57,475 nt of DNA from an uncultured virus (IMG/VR IMGVR_UViG_3300008116_000021) (Duplodnaviria > Heunggongvirae > Uroviricota > Caudoviricetes): the IMG/VR virus record IMGVR_UViG_3300008116_000021; one strand, 5' to 3'. Both the position numbers and the translations under genes were made by a program. Of the stretch, positions 26,471 to 35,994 are shown one piece after another (positions within the stretch are counted from its first letter, which is position 1; each line of letters starts with the position of its first letter). The notes below the pieces were generated by a model that searched no databases, was not told the origin of the DNA, and was given only the letters and a program-made list of their open reading frames with translations.

Positions 26471-27709
26471 TTAACCTGGTGTGTCCTTAACTAAGGTTAA
26501 AGAAGTATACGATCTAGTCGTATCAAAATGATGGCAGATATTCAATATCAAATATTTACCACTTTCAATTTCATCATATTCAGTATCACCTTTAACATTA
26601 ATATTAATCAATCCACCAACAAGTAAATTTGGATTGCAAGGAATCACAACATTCAACATCTTACTGAAAAGTATGTTGTACCTGGAGGTAGAATATGCCT
26701 GCCATTCCATTGCATTATTATTTACCTTAGTTGATTTAGATTCTAACATTCCAACATCTAAAATATGAAAATGAGTTCTTGTAAAATCAGTATCTTCAGA
26801 AACAAAACTAGATGCAGTTTTTACAGATTTCCCTAAGGTGTTTGGTTTCTTAATTGGTTTGTCACCAAGAGTCATTTCCCCCTTATCAGTAATTTTAAAA
26901 ATTAATTCAGTATATTCTAACAAACGAGGATCAAAGAAAATATTTCTAGTACAATAAACACCACTCTTCAAAGCATTCAATGTTGATTGATTTCTGATTG
27001 TTCTAAATGATAAGATTCTATAATCATGATTCTCATCATTTTTTAAAATGGCATTATATTCATAAGATATTGGATATGGATCTTGTTCTATCATTTTACT
27101 GATTGATCTGAAATGAATCCCCAACTGATTTTCAAAGAAGAAATAACCTGGGAGACCATCACTACCATAAGGAATAGATTTTTGACATAATTCTATAATG
27201 ATTTTGAATGCATCTTTACTTGATCCAAGAAAATTATAAGTGTTTAGTGTTTGGTCAATAAAAAGTTTGTTTGGTAAAATACCAAGTTCTTTGGTCAAAA
27301 TTTTTCTTACAGAATCTGATATCTTTCCTGTGTATTTTTCTGTTAAGGTTGTCTTTAAATTTTCTTCTGCGGTCTCAGACATCAAAGACATTGCAACCAG
27401 TTCACGATTTGGTTCCTTTTCAGCAACAGGAGCACCAATAATTCGTAGAGGCTTATTATTAAAATCTAGAGTTCCCAGTTTAGATTTAATTGAAAATGAT
27501 ACTTTCTCATTACCTTGTATTGGTAACTTAGACATCAATCGATTTGTATCAACTAGTGCAATATTAGCAGTGACGATTGGTGAAAAAAGACTCTCATAAT
27601 AATCAAAAGAAACGGTGGATGTTCTTTGATCTATACCAGAAATTGGATAAGACGTTTGATTTTTTATAATTGATATATTTTCGTAAATTGATGGACTTAC
27701 TGCTGACAT
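26471..27709 (-). CDS. baseplate hub protein (gp27-like)
   Basis: YYESLFSP.VTA, LPIQGNE, GYFFFEN..G.HFRSI, IPCNPNL..G, SGKYLI..ICHHF. Confidence 0.75.
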   Translation of the reverse strand: MSAVSPSIYENISIIKNQTSYPISGIDQRTSTVSFDYYESLFSPIVTANIALVDTNRLMSKLPIQGNEKVSFSIKSKLGTLDFNNKPLRIIGAPVAEKEPNRELVAMSLMSETAEENLKTTLTEKYTGKISDSVRKILTKELGILPNKLFIDQTLNTYNFLGSSKDAFKIIIELCQKSIPYGSDGLPGYFFFENQLGIHFRSISKMIEQDPYPISYEYNAILKNDENHDYRILSFRTIRNQSTLNALKSGVYCTRNIFFDPRLLEYTELIFKITDKGEMTLGDKPIKKPNTLGKSVKTASSFVSEDTDFTRTHFHILDVGMLESKSTKVNNNAMEWQAYSTSRYNILFSKMLNVVIPCNPNLLVGGLININVKGDTEYDEIESGKYLILNICHHFDTTRSYTSLTLVKDTPG

Positions 27710-27715
27710 TTTTAA

Positions 27716-29374
27716 TTATCCGAGACTTGAAAATGCGCTATTAGAATAAGAAGATCCACCACCTCCTGATGATCTTCTTTCCATCGCTACTGGAGTGGGA
27801 AGTGGAACACCAACTGGTTGTACAAAAGTCTGAGTTACTAAGTATGTAGTTTGATTTTGTAAAGAAGATTGCTCATTACCACGCTCTAATGTATTCAATA
27901 AATCACCAACACCTTCGGCAACAGGATCTACTTTAGATTTTGCTGCTTTAATTTTTTTCTTTACTTCTGCAGATGGACCACCACTTAAATGCCCAAGAAG
28001 ATATTGTTGACCATTCTCATCCATAATAATTGTAACATTTCCATAACCAGCATTTTCACCAGCTGAATATTCAACAAATTTTAACCCTGGTCCTAAAGTA
28101 ATTGGTGTTCCGCTGGGGGCTGGAAAATCAAATCCTCTATGCCCTCTGCCTGCACCAAGACCATCACCTTGAGACATCTTAGAAAGAGGAACTCCCCCAA
28201 TGAAAACACCATTCAAAATACTTTTTGAAAGTGCTCTACCACCACGATCACCCCATCCATTACCCCATTCAACATGTAAGTGTGGTCCAGTGGATCTTCC
28301 CGTACTTCCAATTCTACCAATAATACTACCAGGATCAACAGGAACTGAAGTTGAAGGAGTAAATGGATCCTGTTGTCCAGATCTTTGTGCTCCTGGATCC
28401 ATATCATCAAGTGGTTTACTTTTATCTTTTTTATCTAATCCAAAAAATTGCAAGAATTTGGAGAAAGATTGATTAACCTGCTCAAAGGTATCATTGATAC
28501 CTTCTTTATCTGATAGGAGTTGTGCGTTTATTTTTGTTCCGAAAGAAACAGTTTGAAAATTATCAAAAGAATCTACACTTTCAATTGCATTTGATCCCAT
28601 CGGAGTTGCAGTAACTCCTCTAAATCCACTAGAGATTGTTGCTTTGTTTGTGCCAGTATTTTTTGCTTTAACAGTTCCACCTTTTGCAAGTCCTTGTGGT
28701 TTTTGAACTGGTGCTTGCTGTGACGATGGTGTTGGTGCTGGAGAAGGAGAAGATGCTGATGGTGTTGGAGATGGAGTTGTGGAAGGATACATTGATCCTG
28801 GTGCCCCAGGAAGACCAAGACCCTTATTAGGAACTGGATCTTGAGTTGGGTTTAAAAATTTGTTCCAAATATTATAAGCAGCTTCTGCGATTGCAATCGT
28901 CCTATCAATCTCTTTTGCAACATATCTTCTTTCATTATCAATAGCAGACATTACACCTTGAGGATATTCTGTAACTAACCATATCATTCCCATAATTCCT
29001 TCACCAATTATTTTCAACGTTGTCTTTGTAATCTTAATTAATAAAGCATTATCAGAGAAAAATCTTTTAAGTCTATCAATCATCTGAGGGAGATTATTAA
29101 CAAACAATCCGAGAAGAACAAGACCGAAAAATTCTTTGACTTTATCAAAAAATCCTAGTGGACCTGCAAGAACTCTCGACTTAACACTCTCGATTGTTTT
29201 TCCAATTCCGGATTCTATCTTCTGCTCCTTTTCTTTTCGCTTTTCTTGATTTTCAAAAGTAGCAGTTAATCTATTCTCTTCGACTCTAAGTTTACGCAGT
29301 TCCTTATTGTAACCAACCAATGAGTTCCTAAGATTGGATGCATTAATTCTTAATCGCGTTACTTGTGCTTCCAT
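27716..29374 (-). CDS. tail/baseplate protein with circularly permuted M23 peptidase domain
   Basis: N-terminal coiled coil; GSTGRSTGPHLHVE precedes HRGFD...GYGN...YLLGHL. Confidence 0.75.
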   Translation of the reverse strand: MEAQVTRLRINASNLRNSLVGYNKELRKLRVEENRLTATFENQEKRKEKEQKIESGIGKTIESVKSRVLAGPLGFFDKVKEFFGLVLLGLFVNNLPQMIDRLKRFFSDNALLIKITKTTLKIIGEGIMGMIWLVTEYPQGVMSAIDNERRYVAKEIDRTIAIAEAAYNIWNKFLNPTQDPVPNKGLGLPGAPGSMYPSTTPSPTPSASSPSPAPTPSSQQAPVQKPQGLAKGGTVKAKNTGTNKATISSGFRGVTATPMGSNAIESVDSFDNFQTVSFGTKINAQLLSDKEGINDTFEQVNQSFSKFLQFFGLDKKDKSKPLDDMDPGAQRSGQQDPFTPSTSVPVDPGSIIGRIGSTGRSTGPHLHVEWGNGWGDRGGRALSKSILNGVFIGGVPLSKMSQGDGLGAGRGHRGFDFPAPSGTPITLGPGLKFVEYSAGENAGYGNVTIIMDENGQQYLLGHLSGGPSAEVKKKIKAAKSKVDPVAEGVGDLLNTLERGNEQSSLQNQTTYLVTQTFVQPVGVPLPTPVAMERRSSGGGGSSYSNSAFSSLG

Positions 29375-29377
29375 ATC

Positions 29378-31225
29378 TTATACAAAAATCCCCAACATTT
29401 CTGGTACAATTTGCATATATGGATTTGCCATATTTACACTGGAAACACTTGGTTCTTCTGTTTCTACTCCACCCGCAGCACTATATTGTGGCACCCCAGA
29501 CATTGGTAACGTTTGTGATGGTAAGTTTATTGGTACAATTGATGATGTTGCACTTTTCTTAACAGGTCTCTTAATATCAGAATGTAGTACAAGTTCTGGA
29601 GAAACCATATTTGAACTTGTTCTTCTCTCTGCATATCCACCATTTCCAATTTCTTTAGTTTTTTTAACCCTCTCTTCATTAACAAACTTATCCAATTGAC
29701 CTTTAAATGTTGTTAGTTGAGCAGCAAGAATTTGTAATGCACTCTTCATTGTTGAGTTTGATACTACCAGTCCCCCAACAGCATCAGAAAAAGTAGTCCA
29801 CATTCTTCCAGCATTATTATTAATGTCTTTCAAAAGTGGTCTGAACATCATTGCTGCTGATGCACGAATAACTTCTTCACCAGGAGCAAGCATCGCTGGA
29901 ACACTATCAACACTTCCAGATCCAGTGCCACCAACAGTTCCACCTAATGATCTTCTGATTGGTAGTTTTGTGCTTTTTGCCTGTTTTACAATATCAATAA
30001 TATTTTGAGCACTAGATGGTTTTGCAGATCCGGATCTTAATGCTGCTTGTATTTGTTCTGGAGTATATTGTACCTGTTGTTTCCCAGACAAATTTGTAAA
30101 TGTTCTAATGCCAGAAGCAGCAGGAGCAGGTGGAGGTGTTACTGGTTTTGGTCCTCTTATTCCAATACTACTTAATCTTGTCCATAAACCACCAATAGTA
30201 GCTGTTGTAAGGGCACCACCACTAGCTAAAGCACCGATTAATCCAGCAACAACCAATCCAAGAGCGTCAACTCCTGGAGCTTTAGTTTGTCCGCCTTTTA
30301 AGAGATCCTCTCTAACTCCTGGTGGTAAGTTTGATAAATCCCCATATATGCTTTTGGGTTTTTGTCCTGGTTGTTGAACTGGTTGTTGAACTGGTTTCTG
30401 TCTTGGAATTAAACCAAATAAAGGAGAAAAGACTCTCGTTTTCTTTAAAGTTTCGGCAAGTTTTTCAGCAGCAGCTCCACCAATATCTTTTATGCAATTT
30501 AAAACTGGACCACATCCTCCGCCAGCAGGTCCACCTCCACTAGGACCACCTCCCCCACCTGGTTTTCCACCACCTGGTGGTTTTGGTGGTCTCTTAAATA
30601 GATCAACTATTCGTTTTAGAGCACTAACTATCTTTAAGAGTTTATATGCACCATAAAGAGCAAGTAACTCTTTCCAATGATTTGCAACAAATTTGAAGAA
30701 TTTAGCAAGTTTTTGTTGATTTGCTGGATTTTCTAACCACTTGAACGCATTATTAACCAATAATCCAGTTACAATAATACTAAAAAAATCTAATATTTTT
30801 TGGAATATACTTTTTGCTGGAGATGTTACAACATCAAAAGTTTTCATAATGCCAGAACCAAATTGTCTTACAGACTCAATGGCCTTTTCTTTTGTCCCTA
30901 CCCTTTCTCTCGTTACCTTTATCTTGCTAGCTCGTAATGCCTGCCTCTTTTCAGTAATCCTATTCGCAAAATCAAGAGATAATTGTTTTTGAATTTCTAC
31001 GAGAATTCTATTTGTCTCTTGTAAACTTACATCTAAACTAGTTGTTTCTGCCTTTAGACTAGATCCTACGGTACCACGTCTTTCGCCACCAATAAAACTA
31101 AAAGTAGATCTCTTTAATCTTGGACTAGAAGCAATCTGAGCACCAGTCATTACCGAAGAAGATATGTTTCTTCTACTTAACTTTGGTAATGATGGTGCTC
31201 TGTAAATTTGGTTGTTAAATTCCAC
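29378..31225 (-). CDS. tape-measure/gp29-like baseplate hub protein
   Basis: Helical ETN.ILVEIQKQL..DF region and GG.V.G.G....DSVPAMLAPGE.V motif. Confidence 0.65.
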   Translation of the reverse strand: MEFNNQIYRAPSLPKLSRRNISSSVMTGAQIASSPRLKRSTFSFIGGERRGTVGSSLKAETTSLDVSLQETNRILVEIQKQLSLDFANRITEKRQALRASKIKVTRERVGTKEKAIESVRQFGSGIMKTFDVVTSPAKSIFQKILDFFSIIVTGLLVNNAFKWLENPANQQKLAKFFKFVANHWKELLALYGAYKLLKIVSALKRIVDLFKRPPKPPGGGKPGGGGGPSGGGPAGGGCGPVLNCIKDIGGAAAEKLAETLKKTRVFSPLFGLIPRQKPVQQPVQQPGQKPKSIYGDLSNLPPGVREDLLKGGQTKAPGVDALGLVVAGLIGALASGGALTTATIGGLWTRLSSIGIRGPKPVTPPPAPAASGIRTFTNLSGKQQVQYTPEQIQAALRSGSAKPSSAQNIIDIVKQAKSTKLPIRRSLGGTVGGTGSGSVDSVPAMLAPGEEVIRASAAMMFRPLLKDINNNAGRMWTTFSDAVGGLVVSNSTMKSALQILAAQLTTFKGQLDKFVNEERVKKTKEIGNGGYAERRTSSNMVSPELVLHSDIKRPVKKSATSSIVPINLPSQTLPMSGVPQYSAAGGVETEEPSVSSVNMANPYMQIVPEMLGIFV

Positions 31226-31394
31226 TAGATTGCTGTGCCTTTAAGTTTTCTTCTTCAATATAATCTTGAAGCAGACCAATATAAACTTCACGCTCCCAAG
31301 GCATCATATTTTCAATCTCTGTCAATGAATATTTATGATGATGCATGAGGGCAAAATTAATTTGATAGTATGACTCAAGACTAGTATGAGCCAT
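31215..31394 (-). CDS. gp51: baseplate hub assembly catalyst gp51 (59 aa, not in ORF track)
   Basis: LESYYQINFALMHHHKYSLTEIENMMPWEREVYIGLL; directly follows gp26. Confidence 0.9.
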   Translation of the reverse strand: MAHTSLESYYQINFALMHHHKYSLTEIENMMPWEREVYIGLLQDYIEEENLKAQQSSGI

Positions 31395-31396
31395 AC

Positions 31397-32119
31397 TTAG
31401 ATGAAAAAAGCAGCTAGACCCTCCAGGACAACTTCACTTTCAACTTTTGTGTTTGGATTTTTAACTTTAATTGTATGAGCAAGTTTAGGCATTGTTACAA
31501 AAAAGTTTTCAATTTCTTTAAACTGCTTTGTATTCATTTGCTCTACAAATTCTTCAAGTTCTTCCTTACTACAATCTGATGCACTCCAAGATTCCTCTTG
31601 ATCATAAACAGTATCAATACAAGAAATAATCAAAGAAAGTGACTTATCAACATTGGTGTTTTCTTCAGATACCTCAAAATTATTTTCAACAAACTGCTCA
31701 AGAGATGGATACTTGAGTTTCATTGAAAGATTATCATCAAGTTTAATAATATTAGTGTGTGCAGGATCTTTTTGAACCTTGATAGAATCAATCGCAATTT
31801 CTTCTTTTACTTGTGTTATGCCATCATCAGGACAAGTTACATTAACCTCAACAGTTTCACCAACTGACTTGGCACGAACATTAAGGAAGAGATATTCAAT
31901 ATCAAATGTCGATAGTTCTGATACTTTTACAGTTTTAGTCAGAATACAATCCGATAAGATTTGAACAATTGAACTTGAGATTTGCTTTGTATCTTCAGAT
32001 TCTAATGCAATTAACAGAATTTTTTCTTCTCTAACTAGGAAAGGACGATATCTAATTTTTTTCCCAGTAGAAGGTAATTCCAACTCATACGTTGGAGTAT
32101 TAATCTTTGGTAAAGGCAT
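31397..32119 (-). CDS. gp26: baseplate hub subunit gp26
   Basis: MPLPKI.TPTYEL.LPS...YRPFLVREEKILL...FDIEYLFL.VRAKSVGE. Confidence 0.93.
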   Translation of the reverse strand: MPLPKINTPTYELELPSTGKKIRYRPFLVREEKILLIALESEDTKQISSSIVQILSDCILTKTVKVSELSTFDIEYLFLNVRAKSVGETVEVNVTCPDDGITQVKEEIAIDSIKVQKDPAHTNIIKLDDNLSMKLKYPSLEQFVENNFEVSEENTNVDKSLSLIISCIDTVYDQEESWSASDCSKEELEEFVEQMNTKQFKEIENFFVTMPKLAHTIKVKNPNTKVESEVVLEGLAAFFI

Positions 32120-32163
32120 AATGACCTATAAAACTTCAGTTGTGATTATTTAGACCCAATTAT

Positions 32164-32940
32164 CTACCTAATAAATCCATCAGTAAGAACTTCATTTCTA
32201 GTTCTTGGGCGGTTTCTTGGTGGTTGTGGAACTGATGGTTTTTGTTCTGCTGCTGGTGGTATCGGTGCTTCTGGACTTTGACTTTGTTCTTGTTTTGGCA
32301 CAACAAATCTACCAAGAACATATCGATCATAGTTCATTGTCACAGTAACTTTCATCAATTCACTTGGTCCATAAGCAACTGGAATACTAGTGACAGATTT
32401 TGGAAATGCATTAACTAATTGGTATTGCAATCTCGTGCTTCCAGGAACGTTATATCCTCTATTGAATTTTGTAATGAATAATTGACTGGTTTTATAATTT
32501 TCAGGCCAGTTGAATCTACGATATGCATATGGAAGATCTGAAGATGCTGCTATTTCAGAATTCCCACCAACATAATTCATCCAAAATTCAAAAAATTGAA
32601 GAACCTTATACTCTGTATCAATGTAAAAAGTAAAATCAATGTCAGTATATAATCTAGTATGAGCAAATTCTTGGGGAACTCCCATGTAATTATCTTTTAC
32701 TTCTGCAGTGGCGTATGTTGAAGTTGGTAGAGTTGCATCAGAACAAAGAAGACCTAAAGTTTTTCCAAATTCAGATAAACTAATTTGAGGACCCCATGAT
32801 GCATTTTGCAATTTACCAATAAAATCTGAATTGAATTGTCCAATATGCACCTGATAATAATTAGTCATTGCAATTTTGCCAAAATAAGTTTTGGCATTTG
32901 CCATAGTCACATTTTCCACTGGTTGCGGAGTATTAGGCAT
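32164..32940 (-). CDS. baseplate-tail tube initiator (gp54-like, tube fold)
   Basis: LLCS.A.LP, F.HTRLY, F.FY.D..Y....FFE.W, Y...NAFP.SV, KVTVT..Y. Confidence 0.75.
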   Translation of the reverse strand: MPNTPQPVENVTMANAKTYFGKIAMTNYYQVHIGQFNSDFIGKLQNASWGPQISLSEFGKTLGLLCSDATLPTSTYATAEVKDNYMGVPQEFAHTRLYTDIDFTFYIDTEYKVLQFFEFWMNYVGGNSEIAASSDLPYAYRRFNWPENYKTSQLFITKFNRGYNVPGSTRLQYQLVNAFPKSVTSIPVAYGPSELMKVTVTMNYDRYVLGRFVVPKQEQSQSPEAPIPPAAEQKPSVPQPPRNRPRTRNEVLTDGFIR

Positions 32941-32978
32941 CTAAATATTTTTACTTGATATTATTAAATATTTAGATG
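32938..32978. promoter_or_regulatory. face-to-face divergent late promoters forming a 13-bp inverted repeat
   Basis: catctaaatattt (32938-50) and aaatatttagatg (32966-78); each arm contains a CTAAATA box and a start codon. Confidence 0.65.
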
Positions 32979-33413
32979 TCGTATAAAGGAAAATATCAAC
33001 CATCATACCCTCAAAAATACAAGGGAGATCCAACTAATATCATTTATAGATCATTATGGGAAAGAAAATTCATGGTCTATTGTGATCTCAATGAAAATGT
33101 TCTTGAGTGGGGATCTGAAGAGATTGCACTTCCTTATCGTTCACCAATCGACAATCGTATTCATAGATATTTTCCAGACTTTTACATTAAAGTAAAAGAA
33201 TCAACTGGACAAATTAAAAAGTATTTAATTGAAGTTAAGCCTAAAAGACAAACATTACCACCACCAAAACCGAAAAGGCAAACAAAAGGATACATTTATG
33301 AGGCATATGAGTACGCAAAAAATCAGGCAAAATGGAGAGCAGCAAAAGAATTTTGTGAAGACAGAAATTGGGATTTTAAAGTTCTAACCGAGGATGAACT
33401 AGGTATCAAGTAA
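32976..33413 (+). CDS. gp4: head completion nuclease gp4
   Basis: KYKGDPTNIIYRSLWERKFM.YCD, W.SEE, HRYFPDF, IEVKP, NQAKW. Confidence 0.95.
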   Translation: MSYKGKYQPSYPQKYKGDPTNIIYRSLWERKFMVYCDLNENVLEWGSEEIALPYRSPIDNRIHRYFPDFYIKVKESTGQIKKYLIEVKPKRQTLPPPKPKRQTKGYIYEAYEYAKNQAKWRAAKEFCEDRNWDFKVLTEDELGIK

Positions 33414-33808
33414 TGCCAAGAAAAACCCTAAGACAAAGACAAAATCCAACAGATGATAAGAATAGTAGAGTTAGATCTGTAATTGATAATCTTCAAGGTA
33501 ATGAAGATCCAGATGATTTAATGTTAGAAATTATGAACGTTTTAACGGAAACTAATAAAGGTCCAAAAGTTGGAAGATATTATACATTTGTTTATCAACC
33601 AAAAACACCAAATATTAGTTACGATCAAAATCCCCTTGTTGCAGTGACTGAGGTTTATGGTTGGGGATTTAGAGGTATTAATTTTCATTGGGGAGAATCT
33701 CGCCAATATACCTGGGACGAGATTGCTGGAGGTTTATATGAAATTTATGCGGAAGAAATTCCAGATCTTATAGAGGTTCCTTTTGGAAAAATCCGTCTAA
33801 ATAGTTAA
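33413..33808 (+). CDS. short DNA end protector (gp2-like)
   Basis: G.YYTFVY.PKT...YDQNPLV...GFRGINFHW. Confidence 0.7.
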   Translation: MPRKTLRQRQNPTDDKNSRVRSVIDNLQGNEDPDDLMLEIMNVLTETNKGPKVGRYYTFVYQPKTPNISYDQNPLVAVTEVYGWGFRGINFHWGESRQYTWDEIAGGLYEIYAEEIPDLIEVPFGKIRLNS

Positions 33809-33820
33809 AAAATTAGCCAA

Positions 33821-34762
33821 ATGGCGCAGGTATTAAGGTATCCATACGACTTATATACTCAAGAGACAGACTATCTGCAGATAACTTTGCGTAGGAAAAA
33901 AGCAGCATCTTCATCTTTAGAAGAATTTGGTTCATCTTCTTTAATAAAAAAGAATGGTGCATATCAAGGTGGTCCTACTCAAAATGCTTCTAACGTTGGG
34001 AAAAAAATATCTTCAGGATTTGTAAGTCAAGTTGGTGACATAATTCTTTTACCTATACCATCAAGTATCGGAGATAGCAATAGCGTAAATTTTTCAGAAG
34101 ATAAGTTAGATGCAATAACAGCTAAAGTTGCTGGTGCTGCTTATAATATTATGACAACTCAAACACCAGGAAAAACTGATATTACTGGTTTTTTGAACAA
34201 ACTTGGTGAAAATACTTTAAAAGAATTAAAAGGTGTATTTGCAGAGTCTGCGGACCTTAGAGCAATATATCTAACAAAATTAGCGGCAGAGGCAGCTGGA
34301 CTTGCTGGTATTGGAAACATTAGTCTAGACCAAATTTTAGCAAGATCTCAAGGAAAAATCTTGAATCCAAATATGGAGTTGTTATTTAATGGTCCAACAA
34401 TTAGATCATTTAAATTTTCTTTTAAAATGACCCCAAGAAGTAAAAAAGAAGGAGATCAAGTAAAATTGATTATTGGATCATTAAAAAGACACATGGCACC
34501 AACTCCTGCTGGAAATTTCCTTGGAACACCAGGACAATTTGATTTAACTTATAGAAGTGGACCAGATAATCATAAGTTTCTAAACAAAATCAAAACTTGT
34601 GTGCTTCAGGATATGTCGGTAAATTACACTGGTGAAAATGTTTATGCAACATATGAAGATGGGACACCAGTTTCGATGATTATGGACTTGACATTCAAAG
34701 AACTAGAACCTATCTATTCATCTGATTATAGCAATGATCCAAACGAAGGAGTAGGATACTAA
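33821..34762 (+). CDS. gp48: baseplate tail tube cap gp48
   Basis: LRYP, ILLPIP, NPNMELLFNGP..RSF.FSFKMTPRS, C.L..M.VNY, L.FKELEP. Confidence 0.92.
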   Translation: MAQVLRYPYDLYTQETDYLQITLRRKKAASSSLEEFGSSSLIKKNGAYQGGPTQNASNVGKKISSGFVSQVGDIILLPIPSSIGDSNSVNFSEDKLDAITAKVAGAAYNIMTTQTPGKTDITGFLNKLGENTLKELKGVFAESADLRAIYLTKLAAEAAGLAGIGNISLDQILARSQGKILNPNMELLFNGPTIRSFKFSFKMTPRSKKEGDQVKLIIGSLKRHMAPTPAGNFLGTPGQFDLTYRSGPDNHKFLNKIKTCVLQDMSVNYTGENVYATYEDGTPVSMIMDLTFKELEPIYSSDYSNDPNEGVGY

Positions 34763-34764
34763 AA

Positions 34765-35415
34765 ATGGCAAACTATTTTTCTTATCTACCAGATTTAGAA
34801 TATCAATCATTTTTAAATGATAAGACATCTGATAGAGATTACGTTCTGGTCAAAAATCTCTTCAGGAGAGTCAAACTTCGTGACGATGTATATAATTCCT
34901 TGACAGCATTTACAAAATATCAAGTTCCAGATGGATCTCGTCCAGATACAGTTGCGGAAGAACTTTATGATGATGCTAATTATGATTGGGTTGTTCTAAT
35001 CACGGCAAATATTATACACCTAAGAGATGAATGGCCTCTTTCAAATTCACAACTTTATAATTATGCAGAAAACAAGTATGGAACAACTTTGACTGATATC
35101 AAATTTTACGAGACTAAAGAAGTACGAGATTCTTTAAATCGACTTATTTTACCTGCTGGTAAGATTGTATCTTCAAATTTTACTATTCCAAATCCATCAA
35201 ATCCAAACGCTAATTTAAATCCAGTAAATGCAGTATCAAACTACGAATACGAAACTAGATTGAATGATAAAAAAAGAAACATTTATGTACTGAAACCAAT
35301 TTATCTGCAGCAGTTCTTACTTGACATGAGAACTGTGATGGATTATCAGGATTCTTCACAATATGTCAGTGAGAAACTCATCCGTACTGAGAATACTAGG
35401 ATCACGATGCCATAA
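34765..35415 (+). CDS. gp53: baseplate wedge subunit gp53
   Basis: YF..LP...Y, VKNLFRR, RPDTVAEELY...DWVVL..N....EWP, SNYEYE..LN..KR.I..LK. Confidence 0.93.
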   Translation: MANYFSYLPDLEYQSFLNDKTSDRDYVLVKNLFRRVKLRDDVYNSLTAFTKYQVPDGSRPDTVAEELYDDANYDWVVLITANIIHLRDEWPLSNSQLYNYAENKYGTTLTDIKFYETKEVRDSLNRLILPAGKIVSSNFTIPNPSNPNANLNPVNAVSNYEYETRLNDKKRNIYVLKPIYLQQFLLDMRTVMDYQDSSQYVSEKLIRTENTRITMP

Positions 35416-35994
35416 GAGTTCTAAACTCTTATCAAATATCATTACATATCGGTGTTTGCGGGAGCGGTCTTTCCATTCTCCTTCAGCACCTTTAACTTTG
35501 CCTCTAGAGTGTTTAGTTCCGTCTGCATAGTAGAAATCCTTCTTTGGGTCTGAAAGTCCGCAATATTTAAAATTACAAGCGCGATAGATTGTACCAAAAT
35601 GGAAATCACTATCAGCGTAAGAGATGATTGCCCTAACTTTTGTATCCTTCCGTAACTGTCTAATCGCTCTTGAAACAAACCAAGAAGTGATATTATGTTC
35701 GGTTCCCTGGGTTTCAGGGTGGATGCAAAGTCGTGAAAGTTCAAATAATCCTTCTTGCTCATTCCGTTCGAGTCCAAATGCTCCTTGTGCAATTTCAGGA
35801 ACAGGGAGACCTGTGAAGACACAGACTCCCTGAATGCCGCCGATGTTCAATGGGCAAAAATCGTTACCCTTATATAAACCATAATTATAACCAGATCTAA
35901 AACCTTTAGAAAAATCCTTAAGATAATGAAACCGCAGAAGTAATTCTGCGGATTCGGATTTACTTACACGATCAATGTAGTAATCAGACTTCAC
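35356..35994 (-). CDS. Mom-like DNA modification enzyme (GNAT fold)
   Basis: HYL, ELSRLC, NITSWFVSRAI, IISYAD...H.GTIYRACNF.Y.G, KHRY motifs of the Mu Mom family; GTGA-coupled to gp32. Confidence 0.8.
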   Translation of the reverse strand: MKSDYYIDRVSKSESAELLLRFHYLKDFSKGFRSGYNYGLYKGNDFCPLNIGGIQGVCVFTGLPVPEIAQGAFGLERNEQEGLFELSRLCIHPETQGTEHNITSWFVSRAIRQLRKDTKVRAIISYADSDFHFGTIYRACNFKYCGLSDPKKDFYYADGTKHSRGKVKGAEGEWKDRSRKHRYVMIFDKSLELLWHRDPSILSTDEFLTDIL

